A DNA stretch of 63,159 nt, filler included, from Octopus bimaculoides (taxonomy: Eukaryota), in the NCBI RefSeq assembly GCF_001194135.2. It is 4 parts of 3 records of this genome, joined end to end, with 100 filler letters (N's around TTAATTAATTAA, not from the genome) between each part and the next. Parts side by side here need not be neighbours in the genome. Positions count along the whole stretch, not along the records: positions 27,793 to 52,523 come from NC_068981.1; 3 more parts are not named here. One strand, 5' to 3'. Shown in pieces: positions 39,823-50,730 of this stretch. The notes beneath the pieces are model-generated. The model made no database searches, had not been told where the DNA came from, and was given only the letters and a program-made list of their open reading frames with translations. The position numbers and the translations under genes were made by a program. Every line of letters begins with the position of its first letter. The first letter of the stretch is position 1.

Positions 39823-39840
39823 TAAAACTGAACAATGACA

Positions 39841-40050
39841 AACATACATACGTACATACACACACACATACATACATACGTACATACATACATACATACG
39901 TACATACATACGTACATACATGCATACATACATACATACATACATACACACACATATATATACATATACATACATACATACGTACGTACATACATACATA
40001 CATACATACATACGTACATACATACATACATACATACATACACACACACT
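39841..40050. repeat. (TACA)n tract with TACG variants
   Basis: Directly visible; continues the Dong-A tail. Confidence 0.95.
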
Positions 40051-40510
40051 GACACGCACCAATTACATCTGTAACCTAAACGTCGGCCTCGGGTTCTGAG
40101 TTAGTCCTTAAATGTGCTACAAGTCACATAAATGCTCACAAGGGTAATTCGCTCCGAAATGTACTTACTGCATGGGTTATTTATTCATAATACATTGTTC
40201 ATTTAAAAATAATAGATTAAATGGCTTTCTAATATTTCATTCAAAATTTCACTAACCACATTCTTCCTGATTCACTCCCACTGCGTGGCACCTTGAGCAA
40301 GTATCTTCCACTGTAATTTCGGGCCTATCAAAACCTTGTGAGTGAAATTGGTAGACGGAAACTAAAAGAAGTACGTCGTAAATATGTATATATATATATA
40401 TATATATATANNNNNNNNNNNNNNNNNNNNNNNNNNNNNNNNNNNNNNNNNNNNNNNNNNNNNNNNNNNNNNNNNNNNNNNNNNNNNNNNNNNNNNNNNN
40501 NNNNNNNNNN

Positions 40511-40553
<43 letters not shown>

Positions 40554-40701
40554 CATAGTCGTGCAAAGAAATATATATATACACACCCACACGTGTGTGT
40601 ATTTATACGTGTCTAGAATAACTAGTCCATTTGATTTCAAAATTAGTGGCATATTTCTTCTTTTTTTTTTCTTAGCAACAAGCTAAAAATATATTCTTTC
40701 T

Positions 40702-40917
40702 GTTGTCATGACAACTATGCTTACGTCAATTGAAATTTTAACGTCTCGTTTAGCGATCAAAGTCTCCAGGAACAATTTAAACGAATCATGACGTCAGTTC
40801 CAGAGGATTTTACCAAGGTTGCACGGAATCTCTTGTTAGACGTAATAAAAGCAGTTATTCGCAGCATTAGGTTTTTCGTCTCGTCCTTTGACGTTTTTCG
40901 ATACACGTTGGTCACGT
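40702..40917. promoter_or_regulatory. Candidate cis-regulatory cluster (X-box-like palindrome + CRE/ACGT cores)
   Basis: Perfect palindrome GTTGTCATGACAAC (40702-40715), TTACGTCA, full CRE TGACGTCA (40789-40796), and seven ACGT cores within 40723-40917. Confidence 0.3.
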
Positions 40918-41374
40918 AAACATCCTAAGTCTTCAATTATAAAGCCATTACAGTCTTAGGATTCTTTATACGAACATAGAATCGGTCTTAGTACTTAGCA
41001 GTTGATTTAAGTCTGATTTGACCTTTGACTACAGAGCAGCAACTAAATATTTTGAGACAACATGACTACAAGGCAACTTCTAAATATTTTAAGACAACAC
41101 GTGCGTCTCAATACGTATTCAATAGTTTAGCTAAATATAGCCGCTATATTTCCCTTTTGTTTAATTCAGTGATTGAATTGCGGCTATACTGTAGCACTGT
41201 CTTGAAGCGTTTTTTCCGAACAGATCGAACCAAATCGAACCAGATCGAACCCAGTAATTCTGGTACTTATTCTATCTGTCATTTTTATCGAACCGTTATA
41301 AATATTCGGTGGACCTCCTCACAGTTTCCGTCTATTAAATTCTCTCATAGAGCATTGGTCGACCCGGGATTATA

Positions 41375-41700
41375 CAGGTACCGAACGTTTTATCTGGAAT
41401 CCAGAAATCCAGCAACTTTTGAAACTGGCAAGCTTTGAATTTCGCGGGCTGCAGTAGTTCGCCGCGCACCCGTTTTATTTTGGTTTCTATCGCGCATGCA
41501 CCACCCAACGCCAGATCAATCCGGCCCTGCTTTAGAAATGTATTAATTTGTATATTTTATGCAATTTTGTTCTTAACTTTTCGTTTTTTATTTTATATTT
41601 TCGGTATATATTGTGTTCTTAAATACAGCCGGTGTCCAGAAACCCGGAAAATCCAGATCACCTCCGGTCCCAAGGTTACTGGATAAAAAAGTTCGGTACT
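41375..41700. mobile_element. pogo/Tigger-like MITE
   Basis: ta|caggtaccgaacgttttatctgg versus ctggataaaaaagttcggtact|ta: imperfect TIRs. Confidence 0.5.
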
Positions 41701-42237
41701 TAGAATACTTTGCCCAGTGTGCCACACAGTGAATCTGAACATGCAAACACGTAGTCGCAGACCGAGCTTCTTAACCACACAGCCATTCCTGGTTATGCAC
41801 GAAAGAGGTGAAAGGTCACGGCCAGAACTGTGTGATCAGAGATCTGTTGTTGATCATAGTCAGGGCTCACCCGAGGTTAAACACCACAAGCAAGAAGTTG
41901 AGCGCTTTGCCCGTTGCTCTTACAATTCTGATAATCTGTCGCTTATATCCAAAAAGGATTTGGTCTATTTTCACGGAGAATTTACAGCTATTTCTAGCAG
42001 GCCAAGTCAGTAGGAATAGATTCCCTAGTCGTATGAAAGAGTCTGTGATGTTCAGTTATTATGTCTTATGTTCTGAATTCAAATCCCTCCGAAATCAAAT
42101 TTGCAGCATATTGGTCAATAAGAGCTCAATGCAGATGTATCAGATAATACAGTTCTGTATTTAAGAGATGAGGAATTATGTACATTATTTACATTATTTA
42201 CTTTTGACGGATATTTGTCCTCATCTTGTTTGTTGCT

Positions 42238-42283
42238 AACACAACGTTTCGGTTGATATACCCTCCAGCCTTCATCAGGTGTC
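42238..42283 (-). ncRNA. Minimal hammerhead motif in the SINE-H body
   Basis: Reverse complement GACAC-CTGATGA-A-GGCTG(gagggtatat)CAACC-GAAAC-GTT-GTGTT. Confidence 0.7.
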
Positions 42284-42316
42284 TTGGGGAAATTTCGAAC
42301 CTGGGTTCTCATTCGA

Positions 42317-42357
<41 letters not shown>

Positions 42358-42433
42358 TCACTGTCTGGAATCGAACTCAGAATTTTGGGATTAGTAGCCC
42401 GCGCTCTCAACCACTATGCCATATGCTTCTCAG

Positions 42434-42479
42434 GACACCTGATGAAGGCTGGAGGGTATATCAGCCGAAATGTTGTGTT
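42434..42479 (+). ncRNA. Minimal hammerhead motif in the inverted arm of SINE-H
   Basis: GACAC-CTGATGA-A-GGCTG(gagggtatat)CAGCC-GAAAT-GTT-GTGTT: 5-bp stem I with one G-U pair, perfect 5-bp stem II. Confidence 0.7.
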
Positions 42480-42810
42480 AACAACAAACAAGATGAGGAC
42501 AAATATCCGTCAAATGTAAATAATGTAAATATTGTAGATGTATCAGATGTCAAGTTCTATTTCCAAAGAGACACTGCAACCATTCAATCATGCATTCATA
42601 CATACATGCACAAGAGCGTACCCACACACATTCACACATAGAGGGGAATTTCGTGGGAAAAACAAGACATTCCTGAAATGATATCATAAAAGATTAATTT
42701 AATCAAATTTATTTCAAATTGTTTTTTCTACTCTTACAGCATGAGTAAATCGTCTTAAAACTGACTGAAACCAGTAGCATATTTTGATGACAATATAAAT
42801 AAATTCTTAA

Positions 42811-43026
42811 GGCGGCGAGCTGGCAGAAACGTTAGCACGCCGGGCGATAATGCTTAGCAGTATTTCGTCTGTCTTTACATTCTGAGTTCAAATTCCGCCG
42901 CGGTCGATTTTGCCTTACTTCCTTTCGGGTTCGATAAATTAAGTACCAGTTGCGTACTGGAGTCGATCTAATCGACTGGCCCCCTCCCCTAAAATTTCGG
43001 GTCTTGTGCCTAGTGTAGAAACGAAT
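42811..43026 (+). mobile_element. SINE-B (tail type 1)
   Basis: Colinear with 32471-32687. Possible TSD aatataaata (42792-42801 / 43024-43033). Confidence 0.88.
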
Positions 43027-43110
43027 ATAAATATGTTCTTTCTTTTGACTATAATAAATTTCATGATCATATGTGTGTGTGTGCATGTAAGTATGTATGT
43101 TTACCTTTCT

Positions 43111-43435
43111 TTTGCTGGGCTCAAATCTCATTTGTGAACCCATGGAAAACGAACCTCCACCAACTATTCTGCCTCTATGTCTGTGCACACCTTTCAATGT
43201 AATGTATGCCAGAAGGTCTGCAAACCTAATGGAAGCTTGAAAAGACATTTTAAGATCCACAAAGATCAGAACTTATCAGCAGCTCTCGGTGGTCCGAAAC
43301 GGATATGCAATCCATGTGGGTGTCTTTTCAGAACATTGTCTGGTTTAAAAAGCCACATCAGATGCAATGATGGTTCTAAGGTGTGGGTACAGGAGGTGGT
43401 CAAAATCTGCATAAGGAGTAGACAACCACCATATA
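43111..43435 (+). pseudogene. Tandem C2H2-finger remnant, probably the 3' end of an RTE-type LINE ORF
   Basis: AGLKSHL*THG...FQCNVCQKVCKPNGSLKRHFKIH...ICNPCGCLFRTLSGLKSHIR. No TGEKP linkers, no splice signals, bounded by microsatellites. Confidence 0.5.
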
Positions 43436-43548
43436 ATACATACACACACACACACACATATATATATACACATGCATACACATGCATACGTGCACATGCA
43501 TTCATACATAAGTATNNNNNNNNNNATATATATATATATATATACATG

Positions 43549-43590
<42 letters not shown>

Positions 43591-43760
43591 CACATGCATA
43601 CACATGCATACGTGCACATGCATTCATACATAAGTATATGTCTGTATGGTTCAGAGGCTTTTTATATAAACATTCCTTTCTATTATAGACACAAGGCCTG
43701 AGATTTGGTGGGAGGGTGTTAACCGGTGACCTCGACCCTAGTACTTCATTTGTACTCCTT

Positions 43761-43863
43761 GTACTCTATGTTGTTGAAATTCCAATGAAGGAGCCTGGGA
43801 TCCAGGTTAGAAACCGGTTCTTTCTCTATTGGCAAGAAACCTTGCAAAAAAAACTGAATAATG
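43761..43863 (+). mobile_element. Dong-A 3' UTR terminal fragment
   Basis: gttgaaattccaatgaaggagcc...gaaaccggttctttctctattggcaagaaa...aaactgaata, then a TACA tract. Confidence 0.75.
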
Positions 43864-44312
43864 GCACACATACATAAATTACATACATACATACATACAT
43901 ACATACGTACGTACGTACACTACGATGACAAAAGGTTAACTCCGGTGTGATTTTTATATTTCCTTCTATAGAGGTCTCATCATCGAAGAATAGACTACAT
44001 CATTCCGACCACGCAGTATTATGTTAAAAGCTGGTCGTAGAACTATAGACAATCTGCGGATGACATCCTTTTAGTAACAATGTCATTTGAAACACGAATC
44101 AAGACAATATTTCATCTAAAAGCTTTTATATTATTAACGTGTAAAATTAATTCCATTACCGTTTCACCTGAAACACTTTATCTACAGCCACCGAATATTC
44201 ACTCCGCAGGAACACACGATATATTGGTGACCTAAGACGTAAACTGTCGTTTTCAACCAACGTGTCGATGGCAATATTATAAAAATACATGCGCAAATAC
44301 ATGCGTATATAC

Positions 44313-44315
<3 letters not shown>

Positions 44316-44400
<85 letters not shown>
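44316..44400. repeat. (GT)n microsatellite
   Basis: Directly visible. Confidence 0.97.
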
Positions 44401-44403
<3 letters not shown>

Positions 44404-45365
44404 TTGTGTGTGTGTTTGTTGTGTCTGCCTGTCTGTGTGTCTCTGTCTGTGCATACATGCATACACACACACACAACGCACGCGCACACATTGCCACGCA
44501 CATGGACATCTACACACACATATATATAACTGCACTCACATGATTTATGTAATTCATTAAGGAGGTATATTTCTATATCCTGGTAGTTTGGGATGTAGTT
44601 CATTCAATTTATATATGTGTGTATGTATGTTTGTACGTATGTGTATGTATATATACATGCGTACATATACGTATGCATATGCAAATATATATATGTTTTG
44701 ATGTCATATACATATATATGTGCGTGTATGTCTGTGGGTATGTTGTGTATGTATATCCATTTATGCATCATGAATAAAAATACGCTGTAGGCAATAAAAG
44801 TGATATTAAATTAAACTAGCTACCAATATATCATACTTAATGTAAACAGGGAAATTAACTGTTGTATTAATACAGAGATAGAATCTCTTGTGGATGCGCT
44901 GTATTTAAGAACACAATATATATCAGAAGATAACGCCAGATGCACTTCAGCCATCTTAGGCTTTATCAATGGCGTGTATTCACAGCCAGCCACATACTCA
45001 GACGAGATTTGTCACCTCTGATTTATAGGAGACAATGATTAAAACAGCCACAGGTATTGTGAATGGCCACCCGGTTATTTTAATTTAAAATGGCTTCTTT
45101 TATACATAACGAATTTTTATTCTGTTGGGTCGAATATTTCTTTATTTCATAGATGGAGTTACATATGTGACCAGAGTAACCATGAAGCAGAGTTTCATGC
45201 GATTACACATCTAATAAGTGCCGTCACACGAAACTGTGCGTAGCTTTACAACGGATAAAAGTTATATACAAACACACACACACATACACACACACACACA
45301 CACATATATATATAAGTATGCATATACATACACACATACATACAAACATACTACATACGTACGTA

Positions 45366-45560
45366 GAAGCCATGATAGATCGTTGACCAAACACCATTCA
45401 ATTTTTTTTCTCCGTGTTTTTTTCCTTGTTTTTTCCGTATTCTTTCTGTTGAAGAGCGTAGCTCGAAACGTTAAAGACTTTCTGTATTCCCGAGCGTCAA
45501 ACTAATACATCCTTTTGTTGTTTACACCACCTGTCCTCGTCTGTTGTTTTTTTCCGTACA
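45366..45560 (+). mobile_element. Solo PLE pLTR-end fragment with hammerhead
   Basis: ccatgatagatcg...gaagagcgtagctcgaaacgttaaagacttt...cccgagcgtcaaactaatac...ttgttgtttacacc matches 37305-37450. Confidence 0.75.
45441..45477 (+). ncRNA. Minimal hammerhead-like motif (A6U core variant)
   Basis: TCTTT-CTGTTGA-A-GAGC(gta)GCTC-GAAAC-GTT-AAAGA: 5-bp stem I, core position 6 is U. Confidence 0.6.
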
Positions 45561-45826
45561 TTCTCCCATATATATATATATATATATANNNNNNNNNNNN
45601 NNNNNNNNNNNNNNNNNNNNNNNNNNNNNNNNNNNNNNNNNNNNNNNNNNNNNNNNNNNNNNNNNNNNNNNNNNNNNNNNNNNNNNNNNNNNNNNNNNNN
45701 NNNNNNNNNNNNNNNNNNNNNNNNNNNNNNNNNNNNNNNNNNNNNNNNNNNNNNNNNNNNNNNNNNNNNNNNNNNNNNNNNNNNNNNNNNNNNNNNNNNN
45801 NNNNNNNNNNNNNNNNNNNNNNNNNN

Positions 45827-45877
<51 letters not shown>

Positions 45878-46648
45878 CGATAATCTTTTTCAGTTTCTGT
45901 CAACCCACTCATAAGGCTTTGATCAGTCTGAGACTATAGTAGAAGACACGTGTCCAAGGTGCCCCGCAGTGGGACTGAACCTGTAGCCATGTCGTTGGGA
46001 AACCAAATTCTTACTACACAGCCATACTTGTGCCTATTATGTTTTCAGGCGAATGTATCACGAGCTGTGCTATCTAAAGTTATTCTGGTTTCCAAGACAA
46101 GAAGGAAAGAGAGAGAAACAGAGAAAGAGGAGAGAAAATGAAACATTCAAACATTTGATATCAAATAAGTCAGCGTTGAATCAGTGATGTCAAATAGGCG
46201 GCGCCAAAATGGCTGTGCCAAAACGTCTCATACCCTACATGTGTGATTGTGTTGTTTCAAGTATTTTTGTTGTATTAATTTCATGTCAGCCCTGATCAAA
46301 CCTAGACTTATGATAAAAAAAATAAGTGTTCCAACGGTAAACATCCAGCCTGAGTCGGCAAGGTGAGAAAGATTTGAAAAAGGATTTAGCTATGATTTTA
46401 TAATGTCAAACGAACAAGTAGAGCCACCCGGATAAGTATGTGTCCCTAACTTTTAAGTTCAAACCCCTCTAAGATCAGCGTTGCCTTTCAACCTTCCAGA
46501 CACACATTGACAGCGATTCAATTGCTAATGCTTATCTCTTAGAAATGTAAAGCCTTGTGTCAACGGAAAAAAATCACAAGATAATTAGAAAAAAATTCAA
46601 CACTGACACCTGTTAAACTCAACAGGTAAAACTATTCAATTCAATTTA

Positions 46649-46885
46649 TTCTTTTACTCTTTTTTTTTATACTTGTTTCAGTAATTTGACTGCAGCCATG
46701 CTGGAGCACCACTTTTAGTCGAACGAACCGACCCCAAGACGTATTCTTTGTATGCCTAGTACTTACTTATTCTATCGGCCTCTTTTAGCGAACCACTACG
46801 TTACGGGGACGTAAACACAGCAACATCGGTTGTCAAGTGATGATGGAGGGCAAACACAGGCACACAAACACACGCACACACACAG

Positions 46886-46938
<53 letters not shown>

Positions 46939-47097
46939 CGACGAGCTTCCTTCAGTTTCCGTATACCAAATCAACTCACAAGGATTTGGTCAGCCCGGGG
47001 CTATTGTAGAAGACACTTGCCCAAGGTGCCACGCAGTGGGGACTGAACCCGGAACCATGTGGTTGGGAAGCAAGCTTCCTACCACACAGCCACTCCT
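46649..47097 (-). mobile_element. SINE-A, complete
   Basis: Colinear with 30646-31117 and 56020-56416. Confidence 0.88.
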
Positions 47098-47218
47098 CCC
47101 CAATTCGTAATATTTATCTTCTAGAAATTTTTAACCTTGAGCTAACCGGAGAAATCACAATTTGATCTCAGGAAACAAGTGTGGAAAAAAGCATCTACAT
47201 CGTGAAATAGCAATTTTA

Positions 47219-47415
47219 TAACATGCAAAGTTATTAAAACTAACACACAAAGCAATTCAATCTAACACACAGCTGTTAAGTTTAACATGTAAAGTTGTTA
47301 AGTCTAACATATAAAGCTGCTAACTTTAACACGCATAGCTGTTAAATTCAACACACAAAGTTGTTTAGTTTAACACAGAAAATTTTTAGATTCTAACAGA
47401 AATCTGTTAAATTCT
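47219..47415. repeat. Degenerate ~22-bp minisatellite, about 9 units
   Basis: Units such as taacacacagctgttaagtt, taacatgtaaagttgttaagtc, taacacgcatagctgttaaatt, caacacacaaagttgtttagtt. Confidence 0.75.
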
Positions 47416-48159
47416 CTTTAATTGAAATTTCCACACACCAAGAAATAAATCTAAAATGAATTTGATACCTTCATGTGTTTTTAAATGGTTGAGTTAGTTC
47501 GTTTACGATTCCAACACAGTCTCAAGTCAAGCTGCTTGCAAGACAAATAACTGGGGTAAGGGAAGTAACTAAAATAGGCCAATGACAGAAATACAACAAA
47601 TTCAGACAGGTCATGTATAGGATTAAGAAATATCAAACAGTATAATGACCTCACAATATTTTTAGCGTTGTTTTGTATTTACTATATTTTCTGGTAGCAA
47701 TAAAAAGCCTTATTGTTCTCAACGTTGAAAGAAATGGCTGAAACTATTTTTTTAAAACAAAAGACAGCTTATAAATAACAGCAAATACATAAGTAATTAT
47801 CGGTAAATATGAATATATCTTCTGACGATATACAATCATTTCATTCAATTGTTGTATCTATCTTTTGATAATAACGTGTTTAACACGTTGACAACCGATT
47901 GGTTCACTGATTTAACATTTGATAGACAACACTGCATTAAGAACATCTCAGCTCTTGGTGTGTTTCATATAAATATAAAGAAATTGAAATTCTAAGCGAA
48001 TATCGATCGAAAGACAACGCTGTCTTAATTTTCCTTATTTATTAGTCGTGGTCTCGGCTATTTTTTTTACTCTTTTTTTTTTAACGAGGAGAAATAATCA
48101 GAGCATAAATTTTATTTTTACAAACTTATTGATCTTCATTTAAAACTTATCATTCTAAT

Positions 48160-48377
48160 ATTCTTTTCTACTCTAGACACAAGGCACAAAAAGTTTTGCG
48201 GAGGAGGCCAGTCGATTAGATCGACTCCAGTACGCAACTGGTACTTAATTTATCGACCCCGAAAGGACGAAAGACATAGTCGACCTCGGCAGAATTTGAA
48301 CTCAGAGCGTAAAGACAGACCAAATAAGCGCCGAGCGTTTCTCCCGGTCTGCTAACCACTCTGCCAGCTCGCCGCCA
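48160..48377 (-). mobile_element. SINE-B (tail type 1)
   Basis: Reverse complement of the same consensus. Confidence 0.85.
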
Positions 48378-48390
48378 CTCTTGGTTCTAA

Positions 48391-49704
48391 TCTATATATA
48401 TAAAAATGAGAATGTGTGTCTGTCTGTCTGTCTGTGTGAATCCCTAAAACTCGAGAACTACGCAACCAATTTCATTCAAATTTTACACATGCCTTAGGGT
48501 TCCAGTTGTGTTTTAGTCAAAAAATTTTTTAACTTCTTGCAGAGTTCGAGCCCACAGCAACATAATATCTCCTCCACTATTTAAGTATTGCGTGTCAAAA
48601 GTGAAACAAAAACACTCATGTCAAATACTTTCACTTTAAAAATGAAACTATTCNNNNNNNNNNNNNNNNNNNNNNNNNNNNNNNNNNNNNNNNNNNNNNN
48701 NNNNNNNNNNNNNNNNNNNNNNNNNNNNNNNNNNNNNNNNNNNNNNNNNNNNNNNNNNNNNNNNNNNNNNNNNNNNNNNNNNNNNNNNNNNNNNNNNNNN
48801 NNNNNNNNNNNNNNNNNNNNNNNNNNNNNNNNNNNNNNNNNNNNNNNNNNNNNNNNNNNNNNNNNNNNNNNNNNNNNNNNNNNNNNNNNNNNNNNNNNNN
48901 NNNNNNNNNNNNNNNNNNNNNNNNNNNNNNNNNNNNNNNNNNNNNNNNNNNNNNNNNNNNNNNNNNNNNNNNNNNNNNNNNNNNNNNNNNNNNNNNNNNN
49001 NNNNNNNNNNNNNNNNNNNNNNNNNNNNNNNNNNNNNNNNNNNNNNNNNNNNNNNNNNNNNNNNNNNNNNNNNNNNNNNNNNNNNNNNNNNNNNNNNNNN
49101 NNNNNNNNNNNNNNNNNNNNNNNNNNNNNNNNNNNNNNNNNNNNNNNNNNNNNNNNNNNNNNNNNNNNNNNNNNNNNNNNNNNNNNNNNNNNNNNNNNNN
49201 NNNNNNNNNNNNNNNNNNNNNNNNNNNNNNNNNNNNNNNNNNNNNNNNNNNNNNNNNNNNNNNNNNNNNNNNNNNNNNNNNNNNNNNNNNNNNNNNNNNN
49301 NNNNNNNNNNNNNNNNNNNNNNNNNNNNNNNNNNNNNNNNNNNNNNNNNNNNNNNNNNNNNNNGTGGTGCATAAATTGTCAAGTAAATGAGACGCATCTT
49401 TGCCTCCACTGATTCACTTGCAAAGTGTTGAGTAAAATTATTTCGTTGCAGACCTCCTTTGGGTCTTTTTATTATCACTACGACACACATAGTCCACAGT
49501 TGGTAACATTGATTTCAAGGCCCTCCTAGATGAAAGACTGGCATTCCACTTAATGTCTATGTTCCATGCTGGCATGGATTGGAGAGTTATTAATGTAGAA
49601 ATATGGTAACGTAGCTACTAACAGTTGAGGGTTGCGTAGTCTAGACGGCGTTTTTAGATTTCATTATTCTCTTTAACCCGGGCAAAGCCGGGTATTTCTG
49701 CTAG
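48391..49704 (+). mobile_element. Non-autonomous Helitron (middle in a gap)
   Basis: 5' A|TCTATATATATAAAAATGAGAATGTGTGTCTG; 3' GC-rich hairpin cccgggcaaagccggg (49677-49692) 8 nt before CTAG|T; inserted between A and T. Confidence 0.8.
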
Positions 49705-49991
49705 TATTATAATATAAATTCCGCCTAAGTCAGCTTTGCCTTTCCTCCTTTCGACGTTAATGAAATAAGTACCAGTTACGCACTAGGGTCGCTGCAATCG
49801 ATTTATCCCCTTCCCCGAAATTGCTGCCCTTATGCCAAAATTTGAAGCCAATATTTTTATAATATGGTTATACGTAAATAAAAACTCTCTCTCTCTGCCC
49901 TCTCTCTCTTTCCCTCTCTCTTCCCTCTATCTCTCTCACTCCCCCTCTCTCTTTATACACACACTCTCTTTCCCTCTCTCTATATATATAT

Positions 49992-50155
49992 AGGCGCAGG
50001 CGTGACTGCGTGGTAAGAAACTTGCTTCCCAACCACATGATTCGGGGTTCAGTCCCACTGCGTGGCACCCTGAGCAAAATGTCTTCTGCTATAGCCTCGG
50101 GTTGACCAAAGCCTTGTGAGTTGATTTGGTAGACGGAAACTGAAAGAAGCCCGTC

Positions 50156-50191
<36 letters not shown>

Positions 50192-50301
50192 GTATATGTA
50201 TGTATGTATGTATGTGCGTGCGTGCGTGCGTCACCCCACCATCGTTTGACAACTGATGTTGGTGCGTTAACATCCCCGTAATCTAGCAGTTCGGCAAAAG
50301 A
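49992..50301 (+). mobile_element. SINE-A, 3'-truncated
   Basis: gtgactgcgtggtaagaaacttgc...ggggttcagtcccactgcgtggcacc...gaagcccgtcg(TA)n...ttcggcaaaaga. Other partial copies at ~455-500, 1530-1585, 28395-28575, 30085-30240, 40271-40385, 45880-46030 and 52285-52523. Confidence 0.82.
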
Positions 50302-50515
50302 TACATATGCTTATTTTATCGACCCCAAAAGGATGAAAGGCAGGGTCGACTTCGGCGGAATTTGAACTTAGGACGTAAACACCAGAAATAAATACCGCTA
50401 AGCATTTTGTCCGGCGGTATCGATTCTGCTCATCACCTTGGTCCAGTAAGAATAAGGTCTTTAAGGTGCGCGCGCGCACGCACACACATTTAACTTACAT
50501 AACCATAGTTATGAT

Positions 50516-50730
50516 GTTCTTTTCTACCCTAGGCACAAGGCCCGAAATTTTAGTGGAAGGGCAGTCGATTAGATCGACCCCAGTACGCAACTGGTACTTA
50601 ATTTATCGACCCCCGAAAGAATGAATGGTAAAATCCACCTCGGCAGAATTTGAACTCAGAACGTAAAGACAGACGAAATACCGCTAAGCATTTCGCCCGG
50701 CGTGCTAACGTTTCTGCCAGCTCGCCGCCC
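50516..50730 (-). mobile_element. SINE-B (tail type 1)
   Basis: Reverse complement of the same consensus. Further partial copies at ~2732-2785, 4955-5060, 14730-14884, 26330-26453, 49720-49850 and 50310-50435. Confidence 0.88.

Larger units (their letters stand above)
42146..42535 (-). mobile_element. SINE-H copy 2, with an inverted duplicate of its 3' part
   Basis: A box at 42411-42421, B box GAGTTCGATTCC (42367-42378), (AAT)n, hammerhead. 42427-42530 is an inverted copy of ~42180-42290. 13-bp direct repeat agatgtatcagat at 42133-42145 and 42536-42548. Confidence 0.82.

Noticed and set aside
41221-41256. Short tandem gatcgaacca units
   Set aside because: Only 3-4 imperfect 10-mers; simple slippage. 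No spacers, so not CRISPR-like.
47873-47889. 17-bp near-palindrome aacgtgtttaacacgtt
   Set aside because: Isolated, with no repeat or element context; expected occasionally by chance in 63 kb.
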